A DNA stretch of 64,000 nt from Octopus sinensis (lineage: Eukaryota): positions 39,494,001 to 39,558,000 of the forward strand of contig NC_043002.1 in the NCBI RefSeq assembly GCF_006345805.1, read 5' to 3'. The first letter of the stretch is position 1. Each line of letters opens with the position of its first letter. The notes under the pieces are model-generated. The model had not been told where the DNA came from. It was given only the letters and a program-made list of their open reading frames with translations, and did not search any database. Of the stretch, positions 1-14,024 are shown piece by piece. A program made the translations under genes and the position numbers.

Positions 1-501
1 TCATATAAACACTGGGAATAGACACCAATATCAGTGTAGAGGAGATGGTCTGTAAGCATGCCAGGACAGCCAAGATGATAAAAACTTTCGTTAGGACATC
101 CAAGATAGAACAGCTTGCTGCTTAGCTGAGCATAACACTATAGACACAAATTTCTATTTAGTATTCAGCTACAACCTAATGTTAATTTTCAGGATAATTG
201 TGAATAAATCCTTCAAAATGAACAAATGATATTTAGAAAGAAATATACAATACCGCAAAGCAGATCTCATCATCATCATCATCATAATCAATTATCTATT
301 ATCTATTTTCAAGAATAAAGAAGAATGTCAGAAATAATGTGGAATATTGGAAAAAAAACTCAGCATCTGAAGTGTTAATCAGACAGACATATGGTTTTCT
401 TTTTCATTCAGCATTAAAGAAAATTTGCTTCTAAAATATTTTATACAAATACACATATATACATATATATAAGAATATATATACAAATACATGCACACAT
501 A

Positions 502-537
<36 letters not shown>

Positions 538-555
538 AATACAGGTATCTATTTA

Positions 556-712
556 TATGGTTGTGTGGTAGGAAGCTTGCTTTCCAACCACATGGTTCTG
601 GATTCAGCCCCACTGTGTGGCACCTTGGGCAAGTGTCTTATAGCCTTGGGTTGAGCAAAGCCTTGTGAGTGGATATGGTAGATGGAAACTGAAAAAAGCC
701 TGTTGCATATAT
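556..712 (+). mobile_element. tRNA-derived SINE family S1, 5' half
   Basis: Matches the head of the family seen many times in the window (gtggctgtgtggtaag...ccttgggcaagtgtctt...gaaactgaaagaagcc). Confidence 0.8.
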
Positions 713-756
713 ATATATATATTTTTTTTCTTTTTTCGTGACCGACCAGTCCATCA

Positions 757-1026
757 GATGTAGTTACACATCGCTGGTCACAATGCGTTCGCATTGTTTT
801 AGCCTTCAAATAACACCACCCCGCTGGCTAAGTGAGCAGGCCAACAGAAGAAAGAATGAGAGAAAGTTGTGGCGAAAGAGTACCACAGGGATCGCCACCA
901 CCCCCTGCCAGAGCTTTGTGGAGCTTTAGGTGTTTTCCCTCAATAAATACTCACAACGCCCGGTCTGGGAATCGAAACCACGATCCTATGACCGTGAGTC
1001 TGCTGCCCTAACCACTGGGCCACTTC

Positions 1027-1030
<4 letters not shown>
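757..1030 (-). mobile_element. tRNA-derived SINE family S3
   Basis: Minus strand has A-box/B-box tRNA-like head (ggcccagtggttagggcag...ggtttcgattccc); homologous to 9590-9850 and 19205-19500. Confidence 0.75.
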
Positions 1031-1057
<27 letters not shown>

Positions 1058-1061
1058 GATG

Positions 1062-1140
<79 letters not shown>

Positions 1141-1334
1141 TAGGAAGGACATCCAACCATAGAAACCATGCCAAAACAGACATGGAGCTTCAACAGCTCT
1201 TCAGCTGGTCAGCTCCTACCAAACTGTCCAACTCAAGACAGAATGGAAAACAGATGTTAAATGATAATGATGACAATGCATTTGCCGATATTTTATATAT
1301 ACATATCTGTATGCATTTGTGTGTGTATATGTGA

Positions 1335-1371
<37 letters not shown>

Positions 1372-1443
1372 CAGATAGATAGATACATAGATACACACAC
1401 ACACACACACACATATACATACACACAGAAAGAGAAAGAGGGA

Positions 1444-1540
1444 AAGAGAGTGGAAGAGTAAAAGAGTGGAGAGTAAGAGAGTGGGAGTAAGAGAGTGGAG
1501 AGTAAGAGAGTGGAGAGTAAGAGAGTGCAGAGTAAGAGAA
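1444..1540. repeat. minisatellite of agtaagagagtggag-like units
   Basis: About six tandem purine-rich units visible. Confidence 0.85.
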
Positions 1541-1990
1541 ATACTTTGAAGATATGGAGAGTTGAGAAAACTGATAATAAATCAATGACAAAGGCTGTAA
1601 CAATGATTCTGATAATAAGAATATTCACAAATCTAATTTAGTAATTTTAGGTATATTTTTGTTTCTGTTTTTCCTTTACCTCATTTCTCTTTTTTTTCCC
1701 CCCCTTTCTTTGAAAATAGTTATATTCTCTAACAGTATCTCTTTGTGTTGTATATTGATTGACTATTGCTTGCTTAGTTTTGTGTGTGGTGTGCCAGGGA
1801 TGGGATGGGATGGGATGGAATGGGATGGGAGGGGAAAAGTTAGGTGATAAAGAGACGGCATGAAACAAATGAGAACAGCTGAGACATATTTCATGAGATA
1901 TAAAAAGACATGAGCCGAGAAGGGCTCTTCCACATGGTTTGCTTGTTTGACTTGTTTGAAATAGCAGCCAAATCTTCCATAACCCTTTCA

Positions 1991-2199
1991 TTTCTACTAT
2001 TGGCACAAGGCCTGAAATTTGGGGGAGGGGAATAGTCAATTACATCGGCCCCAGTGCATAACTGGTACTTAATTTATCGACCCCGAAGGGATGAAAGGCA
2101 AAGTCAACCTCGGCGGAATTTGAACCCAGAACGTAACGGCAGACGAAATACCGCAAAGCATTTCGTCCGGCGTGCTAACGATTCTGCCAGCTTGCCTTC
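1991..2199 (-). mobile_element. tRNA-derived SINE family S2 (central domain resembles the Meta/MESC SINE core)
   Basis: Minus strand contains ttgactttgcctttcatcccttcggggtcgataaattaagtaccag; many homologues at 38870-44480. Confidence 0.8.
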
Positions 2200-2256
2200 C
2201 ATAACCATTTAGCAAACAGATTACTCTTTCAAATCATCATCATCATCATCGATTAA

Positions 2257-2705
2257 CCCTTTAGCATTCAGTTTACTCTGTCAAATGTTATTGGTTTTAT
2301 CTTGTATCCGAGTCTTTATTTTCTTTTTTGCTGAACACTTCCTTTATGGTGATGCTGTTGATGATTCTGTAGACCAATTCTTGCATAGAAGAGTTCAATG
2401 GCATTGACTGCAAGGCAATGCTGGTGGAGGATGAGGTTAATTTTGTTGAGCCTTCCTCTCCTGTCACTTGATTTCTTCGTTTTCTTTTCTGATGTGACAG
2501 AAAGCTTGTCAAATGTAGTGCTTATTTATTTCCCATTGTTTTGGATCAATCATGCATTATCTTGTAGCTTTGAGATTTTGATAATGTAATAGTTCATTTT
2601 TAGAATGGCACTGTAGGGCAAGTGTAATAGTGATTACCTGGTCAGATTGAACATAAGACGGGTAGAATATTTGGGCCTGTTATAATCAATTTGAATGCTA
2701 AAAGG
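2257..2705 (+). mobile_element. piggyBac-type MITE interrupted by a LINE fragment
   Basis: TTAA-CCCTTTAGCATT left end; body homologous to the intact copy at 17913-18139. Confidence 0.75.
2289..2506 (-). mobile_element. 5'-truncated RTE/BovB-type LINE 3' end
   Basis: Flanked by 10-bp direct repeat tgtcaaatgt (2279-2288, 2507-2516); minus strand encodes ...FYARIGLQNHQQHH, like the RTE C-terminal RIGLxSH zinc-finger motif. Confidence 0.65.
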
Positions 2706-2997
2706 CTGATGTCCATATCCCATACTGGCATGAGTTTTTATGGCTGGATACCCTTCTTAATACTAACCACTCTACAGCATGGACTGAGGGCATTTTTATT
2801 TTTGCCACCTTCATTATTGAGGTCACTATGCAGTTTGCAGGATTATGAGACCTGGGGTAGGTGTGATCAGCATCATGCTATGAAACAAGAGGATTACTAT
2901 GAAATAGAAGGGCTGAGCAGGTACCTGCAGAGGGTTCCGTGTGGCTACTCACATCTAGGACGGGGGAAAAAGAAAGGTGGGGGAACAGAGAAAACAA

Positions 2998-3335
2998 GAT
3001 CATCATCATCATTTAGCATCTGCTTTCCATGCTGGTATGGATTAGACAGTTTGACTGAAACTGGTATGCCAAGAGCTGCACCAGGTTCCAATCTGATTTG
3101 GCATGGTTTCTATGATTGGATGCCCTTCCTAAAGCCAACCACTCCAAGAGTGTAATGGGTGCCTTTTACGTGCCACTGGCATGGGTGCCAGTTACATGAC
3201 ACTGGCATGGGTGCCAGTTACATGACACTGGCATGGAAATCATGATTATGATTTGACTTGGCTTGATGGGTCTTCTCAAGCACAGCATAATGCTAAAGGT
3301 CTTGGTCACTTACCACTGCCTCCGTGAGGCCCAAT
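2998..3335 (-). mobile_element. RTE 3'-UTR-derived repeat (family R) with (ATG)n tail
   Basis: Homologous to the 3' end of the RTE at 27630-27807. Confidence 0.75.
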
Positions 3336-4352
3336 GTTCAAAAGGGTGCTGATTTGGTCACCTAGATAACAGAAGCTCACATTGTTTTGAATTAATGCTG
3401 CATTATTTTGTAACTTTGAGATTTCAATGATGTGAGTGTCTTCTTTTAGAATGACATAGGATTGGTGTGAGAGGCTGCATCTGGTAGAATATTTGGGCCA
3501 GGTATTGCTAGTTTAAATACAAATGGGTTAAATCATATCCTACATTTTAAATGGGGCAATGAAAAAAGGGACATGGATGATGTCAAAAAAAATTAGATGG
3601 TCATACTTGAAATGCTTTTAATTATAAATTAGAGCCTATCTGGAGCTAAACAACAACAAGGTCTGATTCAAATGTAATTAAAGTTTTGCTCATGTGGTTT
3701 TGGGTTCAATCCCATTCCATGGCACCTTGGGTAAGTGACCTCGACAATAACACTGCACTGACCAAAACCTTACAAGTGAGTTTGAGTTTATTAGATGGAA
3801 ACTGAAAGAAATCTATAGTATATTTGTGTGTGTATATCTGTGTGCATGCATACGGTGTGTGTGTGTGTGTGTGTGTTGTGTGTGTGCGCCCCTCCTTGTC
3901 TTGATATTGCAAAATAATTTTTAACATAAGTCTTCAGCAAACAAGCCTTGTCATTTGTCTCCAATCTTCCATTAGAAGATGCCTGGTCTTGGGGAAATAT
4001 TAACTTGCTTGAAAACAGGTGAGATTTGGTGACAAGAACACCATCAAGCCATAAAAAAATCTGCCTCAATGAATTCCGACTGACTCATGCAAGCATGGAA
4101 ACGTGGATATTAAATAATGATAATGATGATGATGATATGGAAATAGTTCTCAAATAATGTGCTGCTGTGCATCGGATTGCTTCAAAGAGTATCAAGTACA
4201 CTGTAGATATTAAACTATATTTATTTAGTGCTTTGGAAAATTCATACTAATGCTTGAGTGTCTTGTAAAAAAATGTTATTCATATAATTTTAGTTTTCCT
4301 TTTATATCAGTGTATATGTACATACACACACATTGATATATATATATGTGTA

Positions 4353-4384
<32 letters not shown>

Positions 4385-4484
4385 CATACACACACACACA
4401 TGCACACCTGTGTGGAAAGAGGTTGTTCTTTTCTAGGGATATTTATCCAAGTGTACACCAGTTAGTTCCATATCAATTAATGCC

Positions 4485-4767
4485 ACTGGGAATTCTGGCT
4501 CCTGTGCAGGTGGCACATAAAAAACACCACTTGAGCTTAGCCGTTGCCAGTACCGCCTGATTGGCCCTTGTGCCAGAGGCATGTAAAAGCACACACTACA
4601 CCCTTGGAGTGGTTGGCGTTAGGAAGGGCATCCTACTGTAGAAACTCTGCCAGATCAGATTGGAGCCTGGTGCAGCCATCTGGTTCACCAGTCCTCAGTC
4701 AAATCGTCCAACCCATGCTAGCATGGAAAGCGGATGTTAAACGATGATGATGATGATGATGATGATG
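4485..4767 (+). mobile_element. RTE 3'-UTR-derived repeat (family R)
   Basis: ggagtggttggcgttaggaagggcatcc...ccatgctagcatggaaagcggatgttaaacgatgatg. Confidence 0.85.
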
Positions 4768-5018
4768 TACTAGTGCTTATCAGTGATTCTTCTCCGATAA
4801 TTAGTACCTTACACTCTTGAAGTCACAGTTTTCGCTATAGATGTTTTCATCTTTCTGATATTGGAGAAAAATTTTAACAATGCAAAGAAAATTGGCCCTG
4901 CCTGCTCGAGATCCAAAACCAAATCTAGAAATTCTCCCTAGCCATACGGCCTAATGTCCTCACAAAGGGAACAATAATCTATGTGTTTTTCCCTTCACCT
5001 ATGGCTTTTCTGTGCCAT

Positions 5019-6154
5019 TGAATGTTTAGATAAACAAAGTTTGACCTACATTAATTTTTAGCCACTGTTATAATGGTATATCCATCTTCCTAGCTAATCT
5101 GCACAGTTATAACTACCAGCATTTTGTAAGGAAAAGGCTGTGGGTGAGAGTGACTGACAGAGAGCAGGCTGACCAGGTCAAAAATACTGTCTGGCAGAAC
5201 GTCATAGAAGGACTGCTATGGAATCCACCCGCAATACAGTGGTCTTGTCCACCCATCACTTCCTTTCTCACTCACTTTTGTTTCAACAACAGCAATCAAT
5301 CTATTTTGTTACTGCTGCTAGAATGTCAGAGAATATGGGAGTATTTAAGTTCAACACTACCCTTTTACAAGAAAATATAACTCCCGTTACCTTGTATGCT
5401 TTCCAACTGTTTTTATACATGTATGCCCATTGTAGTCTGGCTTTAATTATATGTAAGGAAGAAATAAATATGTAAGGAAGAAATAAACTGTGGCCACTGT
5501 CTTTCTTTCTTGGAGTCATCATCAATGGTAGGCATGTAATGTCATACAGATAACAAGAGTTATATTTTCTTGTAAAAGGGTAGATAGCGTTGGGCTTACT
5601 TTTCCCATATTCCTACACTACTCCCCCGCTAGAGAGTTTCTAAACAAAGAAACGAACGATCTAGGAAAAGGGATGCATTCATACAAATATGCATTTAAGG
5701 ACAAGCAAAGCGAAAAGTATTTTGTTGTTGGTGAAAGTGATGCGAAACTGAGAAAAATTGTGCACATCTGGAGAGAGAATCCCGGGAATGTATACAGGAC
5801 AGGTATCCATTTGATTGCATCTGAATAGTGATGTTGCTTTGCATGTGAAGTAAGCAGTCTGTGACTGAGGCAGCAAGAGTGAGCATGTGTGCAAGGGCGT
5901 ATACATGAGTAAGGAAGTAAGAGAAAGTAAGACAACTGTATCACTGGTGGATTCCATAGCTGTCCCTCTGTAATGTTCTGTCAAGACTGTATTTCGAGCT
6001 GGTTGGCCTGCTCTCTGTCGGTTACTTTCATCCACAGCCTTTTCCTTACAAAATGCTGGTATTTATAATTGTGCAGACTAGCTAGGGAAATGGATATACC
6101 TTTATAACAATGGCTAAGTTGATATAGGTAAAACTTTGTTTACCTAAACTTTCA
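5019..6154. mobile_element. old element with ~250-bp diverged terminal inverted repeats (putative non-autonomous DNA transposon)
   Basis: 5019-5270 aligns to the reverse complement of 5907-6154, including the exact block taccagcattttgtaaggaaaaggctgtgg. Confidence 0.6.
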
Positions 6155-6250
6155 GTTTCACCTTCTTCAATCCACCCTGACTCTCTACTCTTATTTTCTT
6201 TTACTTGTATCAGTCATTTGACTGTGGCTATGTTGGAGCACCAACTCTTT

Positions 6251-6780
6251 CTCTCTCTTTTACTTGTTTCAGTCATTTGACTGCGGCTATGCTGGAGCAC
6301 CGCCTTTACTCGAGCAACTCGACCCCAGGACTTATTCTTTTGTAAGCCCAGTACTTATTCTATCGGTCTCTTTTGCCGAACCGCTAAGTAACGGGAACAT
6401 AAACACCGCTAGTAACAGGAACATAAAGGGTTTTAGTTGAAGAAATTGTCTCTAGGACTTTACCTTTTCTGAGCCTAGTACTTATTCTATTGGTCTTTTT
6501 TACCAAACTGCTAAGTTACAGGGACATAAACACACCAGCATTGGTTGTCAAGCAATGGTGGGGACAAACATAGACACACACATAAATACACACAAACACA
6601 TACACACACATGCACACACACCCAAGACATGCTTTTTTCAGTTTCTGTCAACCAAATCTACTCACAAGGCTTGATTGGCTTGAAGCTATAGTAGAAGACA
6701 TTGTCACAGGTGCTGTGGACTGAACCCAGAACCATGTGGTCAGGAAGCAAGCTTCTTACCACACAGCCATGTCTGCACCT
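6251..6780 (-). mobile_element. SINE S1, full length
   Basis: Head, internal (CA)n and tail all present; extra tail copy at 6192-6245. Confidence 0.9.
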
Positions 6781-7983
6781 ACTGTTAACTCTATTGTATA
6801 ATTCAGGGTGAAATTCTGACCAACAGAATGCTAAAACAGGCCAAATCTGGCCTCTCACACTTAACCTACAATGTCTTTCTGACATCAGGAAAATGTCTTA
6901 GCTACAAGCTAATGGATGATGAATTCAAAACAATATGAATCAATAAGCATTACATTTGACAAAGGAATCTGAATGCTAAAGGGTTAACATTTCCAATTCT
7001 TTAGTGAATTCTAATTTAGTATTCTGCAACTGTTTTGGTACAACGAGGCAACAAGAGAATATTACTGATACTAATCCATTGTGAAAGACTTATTTGGTAC
7101 AGTAGTATCACTATTATCAATTGTAACCATAGTTTTGTGTATCTAAAACCCTTGTTTTCAAACATAAGTTCTATTTTTATTTCACAACTTGCAAATCCCA
7201 AATTGTAGAATAATGTTGTAATCCATAATGTTATTACTGTTGAACCAAGCTAAAGTTCAAGCAGTTATTCTCTAAATCAATAAATATTTTTATTTTACTA
7301 AATATCTTTCATTATTTCTCTGACTTACAATAGAACGAATATAATCCATGTAGTGGAGCACTAGACTTAGAATGACAGGCTTTTTGCTCAGCTGAAAATC
7401 ACATGATATCAACTTAAACTTCCATCTTTCTTGGTTTAATGAAATATATATCATTAGTTGAACCTTCAGTCTTTTAATTTTTGATAGAGAAGAAAGGAAT
7501 GAGATGAGAACATAATCTAAGTATATCTTATTGTAATTCTGTTGTCTTTCTTTTTCTTTTATAGGTGCAGCCGTGGCTGTGTGGTTAAGAAGTTAGCTTT
7601 ACAACACTGAGATTTTGGGTTCAATTCTCAATGTCTTCTTCTATAGCCTCAGTTTGACCAATGCCTTGTGAGTTAAATTTGGTAGTTGAAAACTGTACAG
7701 AAGCCTGTCATATAATATAATATGATATAATACACACACACACACACACACACATAATTTATGTTTATTATATATGTGTGTGTACATATGTAGGTGTATG
7801 TGTATGTTACTTACATAAGGGTTAGCAACAGAAAGAACATCCTAGCAGAATAGTGCCTAACAAAGTCTCATTCAACCCTTGCCAACATGAAAAATGGGGA
7901 CATAAAAATGATGAAAGGGATGGTAACAATCATCATCATAATCATCAACTGTGGATGAATCTGGATTTAGATCCAGAAAATAG

Positions 7984-8391
7984 CTCTTTTACTTGTTTCA
8001 GTCATTTGACTGCGGCCATGCTGGAGCATTGCCTTTAGTCGAGCAAATTGACCCCAGGGCTTATTCTTTGTAAGCTTAGTACTTATTCTATCAGTCTCTT
8101 TTGCCAAACTGCTAAGTTACAGGAATGTAAACACATCAGCATCAGTTGTCAAATGATGCTGGGGGAACAAACACAGACACACAAACATATGCATACATAT
8201 ACATATATACATATATATACATATATATGACAAGCTTCTTTCAGTTTCTGTCTACCAAATCCACTCATAAAGCTTTGGTCCGGCTGAGGCTATAGTAGAA
8301 GACACTTGCTCAAGGTGCCATGCAGTGGGACTGAACCCAGAACCATGTGGTTGGTAAGCAAGCTACTTACCACACAGCCAATCCTACACCT
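7984..8391 (-). mobile_element. SINE S1, full length
   Basis: Family homology over the whole length. Confidence 0.9.
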
Positions 8392-8484
8392 ATGTATACA
8401 ATATAAAATATTTTAGAATTTCTTGTTTGTTTTTAATCCTTTCTTTATTGAAATGTATCCTATGTGTGTGTGTGTGTGTGTGTG

Positions 8485-8515
<31 letters not shown>

Positions 8516-9589
8516 GCTTCCCCAGCAGTGACTTTTGGGTATCAGCTGTTGCTTCTTTGTCAGATCTTTACACACAGAGATCAATTCTAACTGCAACTGT
8601 CACATTTCATGTCATGTCTGTTACGAACAAAAAGCAAAAGATATTTCCATCAATTTTTATTATATTTCTCAATGTACCATTTTGGATATATCCTATACAC
8701 ATTTCGTATTGTTTTACTTTTTAATTTGTCTCTGAAGTGAAATTCATATTCCACTGTAATACATGTCACCTGATTCTTTGTTTTAATTTAGCTTACTAAT
8801 CACCAAACCAACCAGAATTTTCTAAGTCCACTTGCTACATACATTCATACATATATATATATTCATACATGCATGCGTATATATATCCATATTTGCCTTT
8901 TACTCAATGAAACCAGCCAGTGAGTAGAGGAACTCTTGGACCTGCTTTGAACGGGAGCAACAGAAGAAAGATGTATTAGATGATGTGATCCTTAGTGCAC
9001 TATGCTTGGGAAAAAAAACAGGACAGTCACAGATGGAATTTTTTCAATCCTAAGTGTGCTTAATTTGGGGTGATGTGGAGCTAAACAACAACCAAAAGAG
9101 CAATGAAATGCAAAAATACATGTTAGATCACAATGTATAAAATTCACTGTCACTACCAATGTGCTATCTTTAAGATAGCATGTTAGTACTTGAGTAATTA
9201 TTATAAAAATTACAGCAATAACATCAATTTCCAGATAGGTTTTATGTCTGATATTTTGTGTTCATATGAGTGAAATAGTTCTTCAAAATCATACGTTTGT
9301 ATTGATTTTTCAGAGCAAGAATTTTAATCTATAACATTATTTTGCTATAGTCTTTGCATGTAATACTTAACTATGGAGCAAAATCGAAGACATAATCTAT
9401 TATATACATATTTATGTTATTCATAAGACATTTGACTGATAAACAATGGAACAAAATCAAAAACATAATCTATTATAGACATAACATTTATATTATTTAT
9501 TATTTGTAAGACAAGTGAATGGTAAATAAATACTTTAAGTATATGTATGTGTGTGTATCACTGTATCAATCAGATTATAGGATGTTGTA

Positions 9590-9850
9590 ATATACCTCTG
9601 GTCACAATGCATTTCCCTGTATTGTTGTTGCTTTCAAAAGATGCCAATCAACAGGCTTGGCAGGTAGGCCAACATTCCCTTTGAATAGGATACTAGTCCA
9701 TCGTAGGTTTATCCATTAGAGTTGAATGGATTGGAGCAACATGAAATGAAATGTTCTGCTCAAGAATACAACACACCACTAGTGTAGGAATTGAAACCAT
9801 GATCTTGTGATCAGTGAATACAACACCCTAACAACTTGGCCATACACCTT
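9590..9850 (-). mobile_element. SINE S3-like, diverged
   Basis: Homology to 757-1030 and 17310-17500. Confidence 0.6.
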
Positions 9851-10009
9851 CTCTCTCACACACACAGACACACACATATTATTGACATATTGTTTTTTAG
9901 AATCCACAGCTCAATGGGACTTTGAGTTCAATTCCAACCACATTTACTTTTCTTTGATATGAAAACAAGTATGTAGTATATACAATGTAAGTATTAAGTA
10001 TTTTTTGAA

Positions 10010-10415
10010 GTAGGAGTGGCTGTGTGGTAAGTAGCCTGCTTACCAACTACATGGTTCCGGGTTCAGTCCCACCGTGTGGCACCTTGGGCAAGTGTCTTCT
10101 ACTATAGCCTCTGGCTGACCAAAGCCTTGTGAGTGTATTTGGTAGGTGGAAACTGAAAGAAGCCTGTCGTATATATGTATATATATATATGTGTGTGTGT
10201 GTGTGTGCGTGTGTAAGTATGTTTGTCCCCCCAACATCATTTGACAACCGATGCTGGTGTGTTGCATCCCTGTAACTTAGCAGTTTGGCAAAAGAGACCG
10301 ATAGAATAAGTACTAGGCTTACAAAGAATAAGTCCTGGGACTGATTTACTCGACTAAAAGCAGTGCTCCAGCATGGCCACAGTCAAATGACTGAAACAAG
10401 TAAAAGAGAGAGTAA
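10010..10415 (+). mobile_element. SINE S1, full length
   Basis: gtaggagtggctgtgtggtaagtagc...tgactgaaacaagtaaaagag. Confidence 0.9.
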
Positions 10416-10914
10416 AGAGTATTGACAATGTAATTGTACCATAACAAAATAACATAATAGATTGATAATGTCTTCAATTTCATGCAATAGTTAAAATCAT
10501 TTAAAGCATTTGCTATAAACATTATTCTCTCAACAACATTCTCTGTGTTGTGTTAAAAACATGATTTATATTGGAATGAGACAAACATATTTGCAGCAGT
10601 GACTCAAAGAAGAACAGATACATTTCATCTTTTATGAAGCTTGTCAGTGTCATTGTGCATTCAATTGTCACCTGCTTGAATGAAATTCATGCCTCAATAT
10701 ATGGGAAACAGTGAATAAAACAATGACTGATATTGCAGAAGTATGTTGGGCTCTAAAAAAAAGGAATTTAGAGTAAGCAATTGAAACAACATTAAATTAA
10801 AATTGCCACAGCATTGACATGTCTCAAAAAAAGGCAAAACACATCATTGTTCCCATGAGTCTCTGCAGTAATAATGTTCATCTTGCTCTGGTATGTATAC
10901 ACTTTTACTCTTTT

Positions 10915-11330
10915 TCTCTTTTGCTCGTTTCAGTCATTTGACTGTGGCCATGCTGGAGCACCACCTTTAGTCGAGCAAATCGACCCCAGGACTTATTCTT
11001 TGTAAGCCTAGTACTTATTCCATCGGTCTCTTTTGCTGAATCGCTAAGTTACGGGGACATAAACACACCAGCATTGGTTGTCAAGCGGTGTTGGGGGAAC
11101 AAACACAGACACACAAACATACACACACATATACATATACACACACACATATATATATATATATATACGACGGGCTTCTTTCAGTTTCTGTCTACCAAAT
11201 CCACTCACAAGGCTTTGGTCTGCCCAAGGCTATAGTAGAAGACACTTGCTCAAGGTGCCACATAGTGGGACTGAACCCGGAACCATGTAGTTGGTAAGCA
11301 AGCTACTTATCACACAGCCACTCCTATGCC
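10915..11330 (-). mobile_element. SINE S1, full length
   Basis: Family homology. Confidence 0.9.
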
Positions 11331-12268
11331 TGTTTTTAACACAACATGTCTATAAAGAGATTTTATCTCAGACAATTCCATGGCATTATGCCTTCTAATG
11401 ATGTATATTTACATTTAGTATGGTACACAGATGGCATTTCTAATTTAAAGCTGTTTCAGTTACATATAACGTGTTTTTTCTACAGCCCAGTAAGCTTTAG
11501 TAATACCAGTGAATATTTTAACTGCTGTTTTCTTTATATTGAGGTATGAATTTCATTTAGGCAGGCAACAGTCATGTACATGGTATTGACAAATCTCAAG
11601 AAAGACTAAACATGTCTGGTGTTCTCATGAGTCACTACAGTGACTATCTTCATCTTAATCAGATATATATTATGCTTTTAATACAAAGCTATGAAGAGAT
11701 TTTATATCAGACAGTTTTACAGTTTCATGCCTTCTAGTGGTATAGCAATTACTTTTTCAATAATTTTAATAACATGTCATAAAATACATTTCTTTAACTC
11801 ATAAAATCTTTTAAATTCACTTTCTATCAGTTTTACAGATTTTGTATTATTAAATGGTTAGACTGATTCTTCTGTGATGTAATTGCTAAATAATACAACC
11901 ACAACGGAGAAAAGGAGCTGGACCAATATTTTCTCATGGACAGTTGTAAGTAGCTCTTTCTAGAACATTTTCACTTCTTGATGTAAAAATAAAAATATTA
12001 GATGACAATTCTCAACATTACAAGGGTAAAACAAAGGGTATAGTTTCCAAAGATGCTCTTTCCTAAGACTGCATCTTCATTGATCCCTATGTGGACTTTA
12101 CACAATCACAAGAACCAAATACTTCAGAAAAGAAAAAAAAATTGAAAGAAATTATATATGTATTTATCTTGGACAACTGGCAGAATCGTTTACATACTGG
12201 GTGAAATGCTTAGTACACTACCATTATGAACTTTCTGATAACCAGCCTCCATGCCTCATGGAATTTAA

Positions 12269-12880
12269 CCCTTTAGCATTCAGATTAATTTGTCTGACAA
12301 CTTTTATTTATTGACAATTTTGAAGTCATTAGGCATTATCTTGTACTCTTACTCTTTTACTTGTTTCAGTCATTTGACTGTGGCCATGCTGGAACACCGC
12401 CTTTACTTGAGCAAATCGACCCCAGGACTTATTCTTTGTAAGCCTAGTACTTATCCTATCGGTCTCTTTTGCTGAACCGCTAAGTTATAGGGATGTAAAC
12501 ACATCACCATCAGTTGTCAAGCGATGTTGGTGGGGACAAACACAAACACATAAAGACACACACACATATATACATATATACAACAGGCTTCTTTCAGTTT
12601 CCGTCTACCAAATCCACTCACAAGGCTTTGGCTGGCCCAAGGCTATAGTAAAAGACACTTGCCCAAGGTGATATGCAGTGGGAATGAACCCGGAACCATG
12701 TGGTTGTTAAGCAAGCTACTTACCACACAGCCACTCCTGCACCTTCAAGATTTTGACGATGTGGTTGTATACTTTAAGAATGACATTGTAATGTAGGTGT
12801 GAAAGACCCAGTCTGGTTGGTTTGAACACAAAACTGGTAGAATATTTTGTCCAGATTTGGCCATTTTAAATGTTAAAGGG
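12269..12880 (+). mobile_element. piggyBac-type MITE interrupted by SINE S1 (12347-12742, minus)
   Basis: TTAA at 12265-12268 and 12881-12884; CCCTTTAGCATT and aatgttaaaggg ends; the halves join into the 17913-18139 consensus. Confidence 0.8.
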
Positions 12881-14024
12881 TTAAGCCTAAGAAGTTGACC
12901 TATAGGCAATAAGAATAAAGACTTGTGCAATGAGAAGGGATTCTTTAACCCAAACTGATTCAGGGTGGAGGAGTCTCTAGATTGATCACAGACTCCCCTA
13001 CTTCCCTGATACAAGTTACATAATAAAAATGTCCCTTTCTGTACATCCAATGTGTGGAAAATAAAGGAACAAATAAACTGAGATAGCACAGAGAAGAGGC
13101 ATCTCTTTTTGGTCTTGTCATAGATGAGACAACTTCTCTGGTACAAGTGAATGTACAAATGGTAACAATATTAGGGAGGGCAGGCCAATTTTAGTTTTCT
13201 TGGGGATAAACCAGTCTTTCTGATTCCAGTGCCACAGTAAAATGGTAAAGTGATTGAGAGTAGGTTAGAGAATCCAGTCATTGAAACTGTGCCTAAAAAT
13301 GGAATTTACCAGCAAGATGTGATCCCTGACCCATCTAGGAGAGCATTAATTCTAAATAAGTCCTAACACAGACTGAAACAACTCATCTAACCCATGCCAG
13401 CATGGAATAAAGAATGTAAAATAATGATGATGTTTGACTGAATCTCAATAGAAGTAATTAATGAGATTACTGTAGTGTTTCAGACAATAAAACTATGTCT
13501 TTAGAGACATAGATGTTTTTCATATTTACATCTACACTACATAGGTCAGATGTAAATATTAATAGATTTTTCATCTCCAAATTATTGTAATCTTTATTAA
13601 CAATAACTCATCCTAGACACTGACATTTAAATAATTTACAACTTATAATATTTGTCCAAGGTCACAGACTTTATGAGACAGATGTCGCTGATTAAGCTGT
13701 CCTTGTCTCTGTATTTATCATTTAGCATTCATTCCATCAATTGAAGAATTAGAAGCATTTAATAGAATACTTTGCAGTCTTTTTCCAGTTTTCTTCACCA
13801 AATTGCAATTCAGTTCAAACCCTGTGAAGGTTAACTTTGCCTTTCATTCTTAAACAACAGCAAACCAAGCAGGAACAAGAATGCCAAAAGTAAATAGGAA
13901 TTTGTGGTCCTTGAGCTTAACAGCCCCATTGACTTGTCTGTTCGACCATTTTCTACATACAAAAAGGCCAGTATACTTAAATAGTATACTTAAACTCATT
14001 GATTTATTTGAATTTACCCTATCT

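Noticed and set aside
11880-11952. gtaagt donor after a short open stretch
   Set aside because: Every upstream acceptor tried gives in-frame stops.
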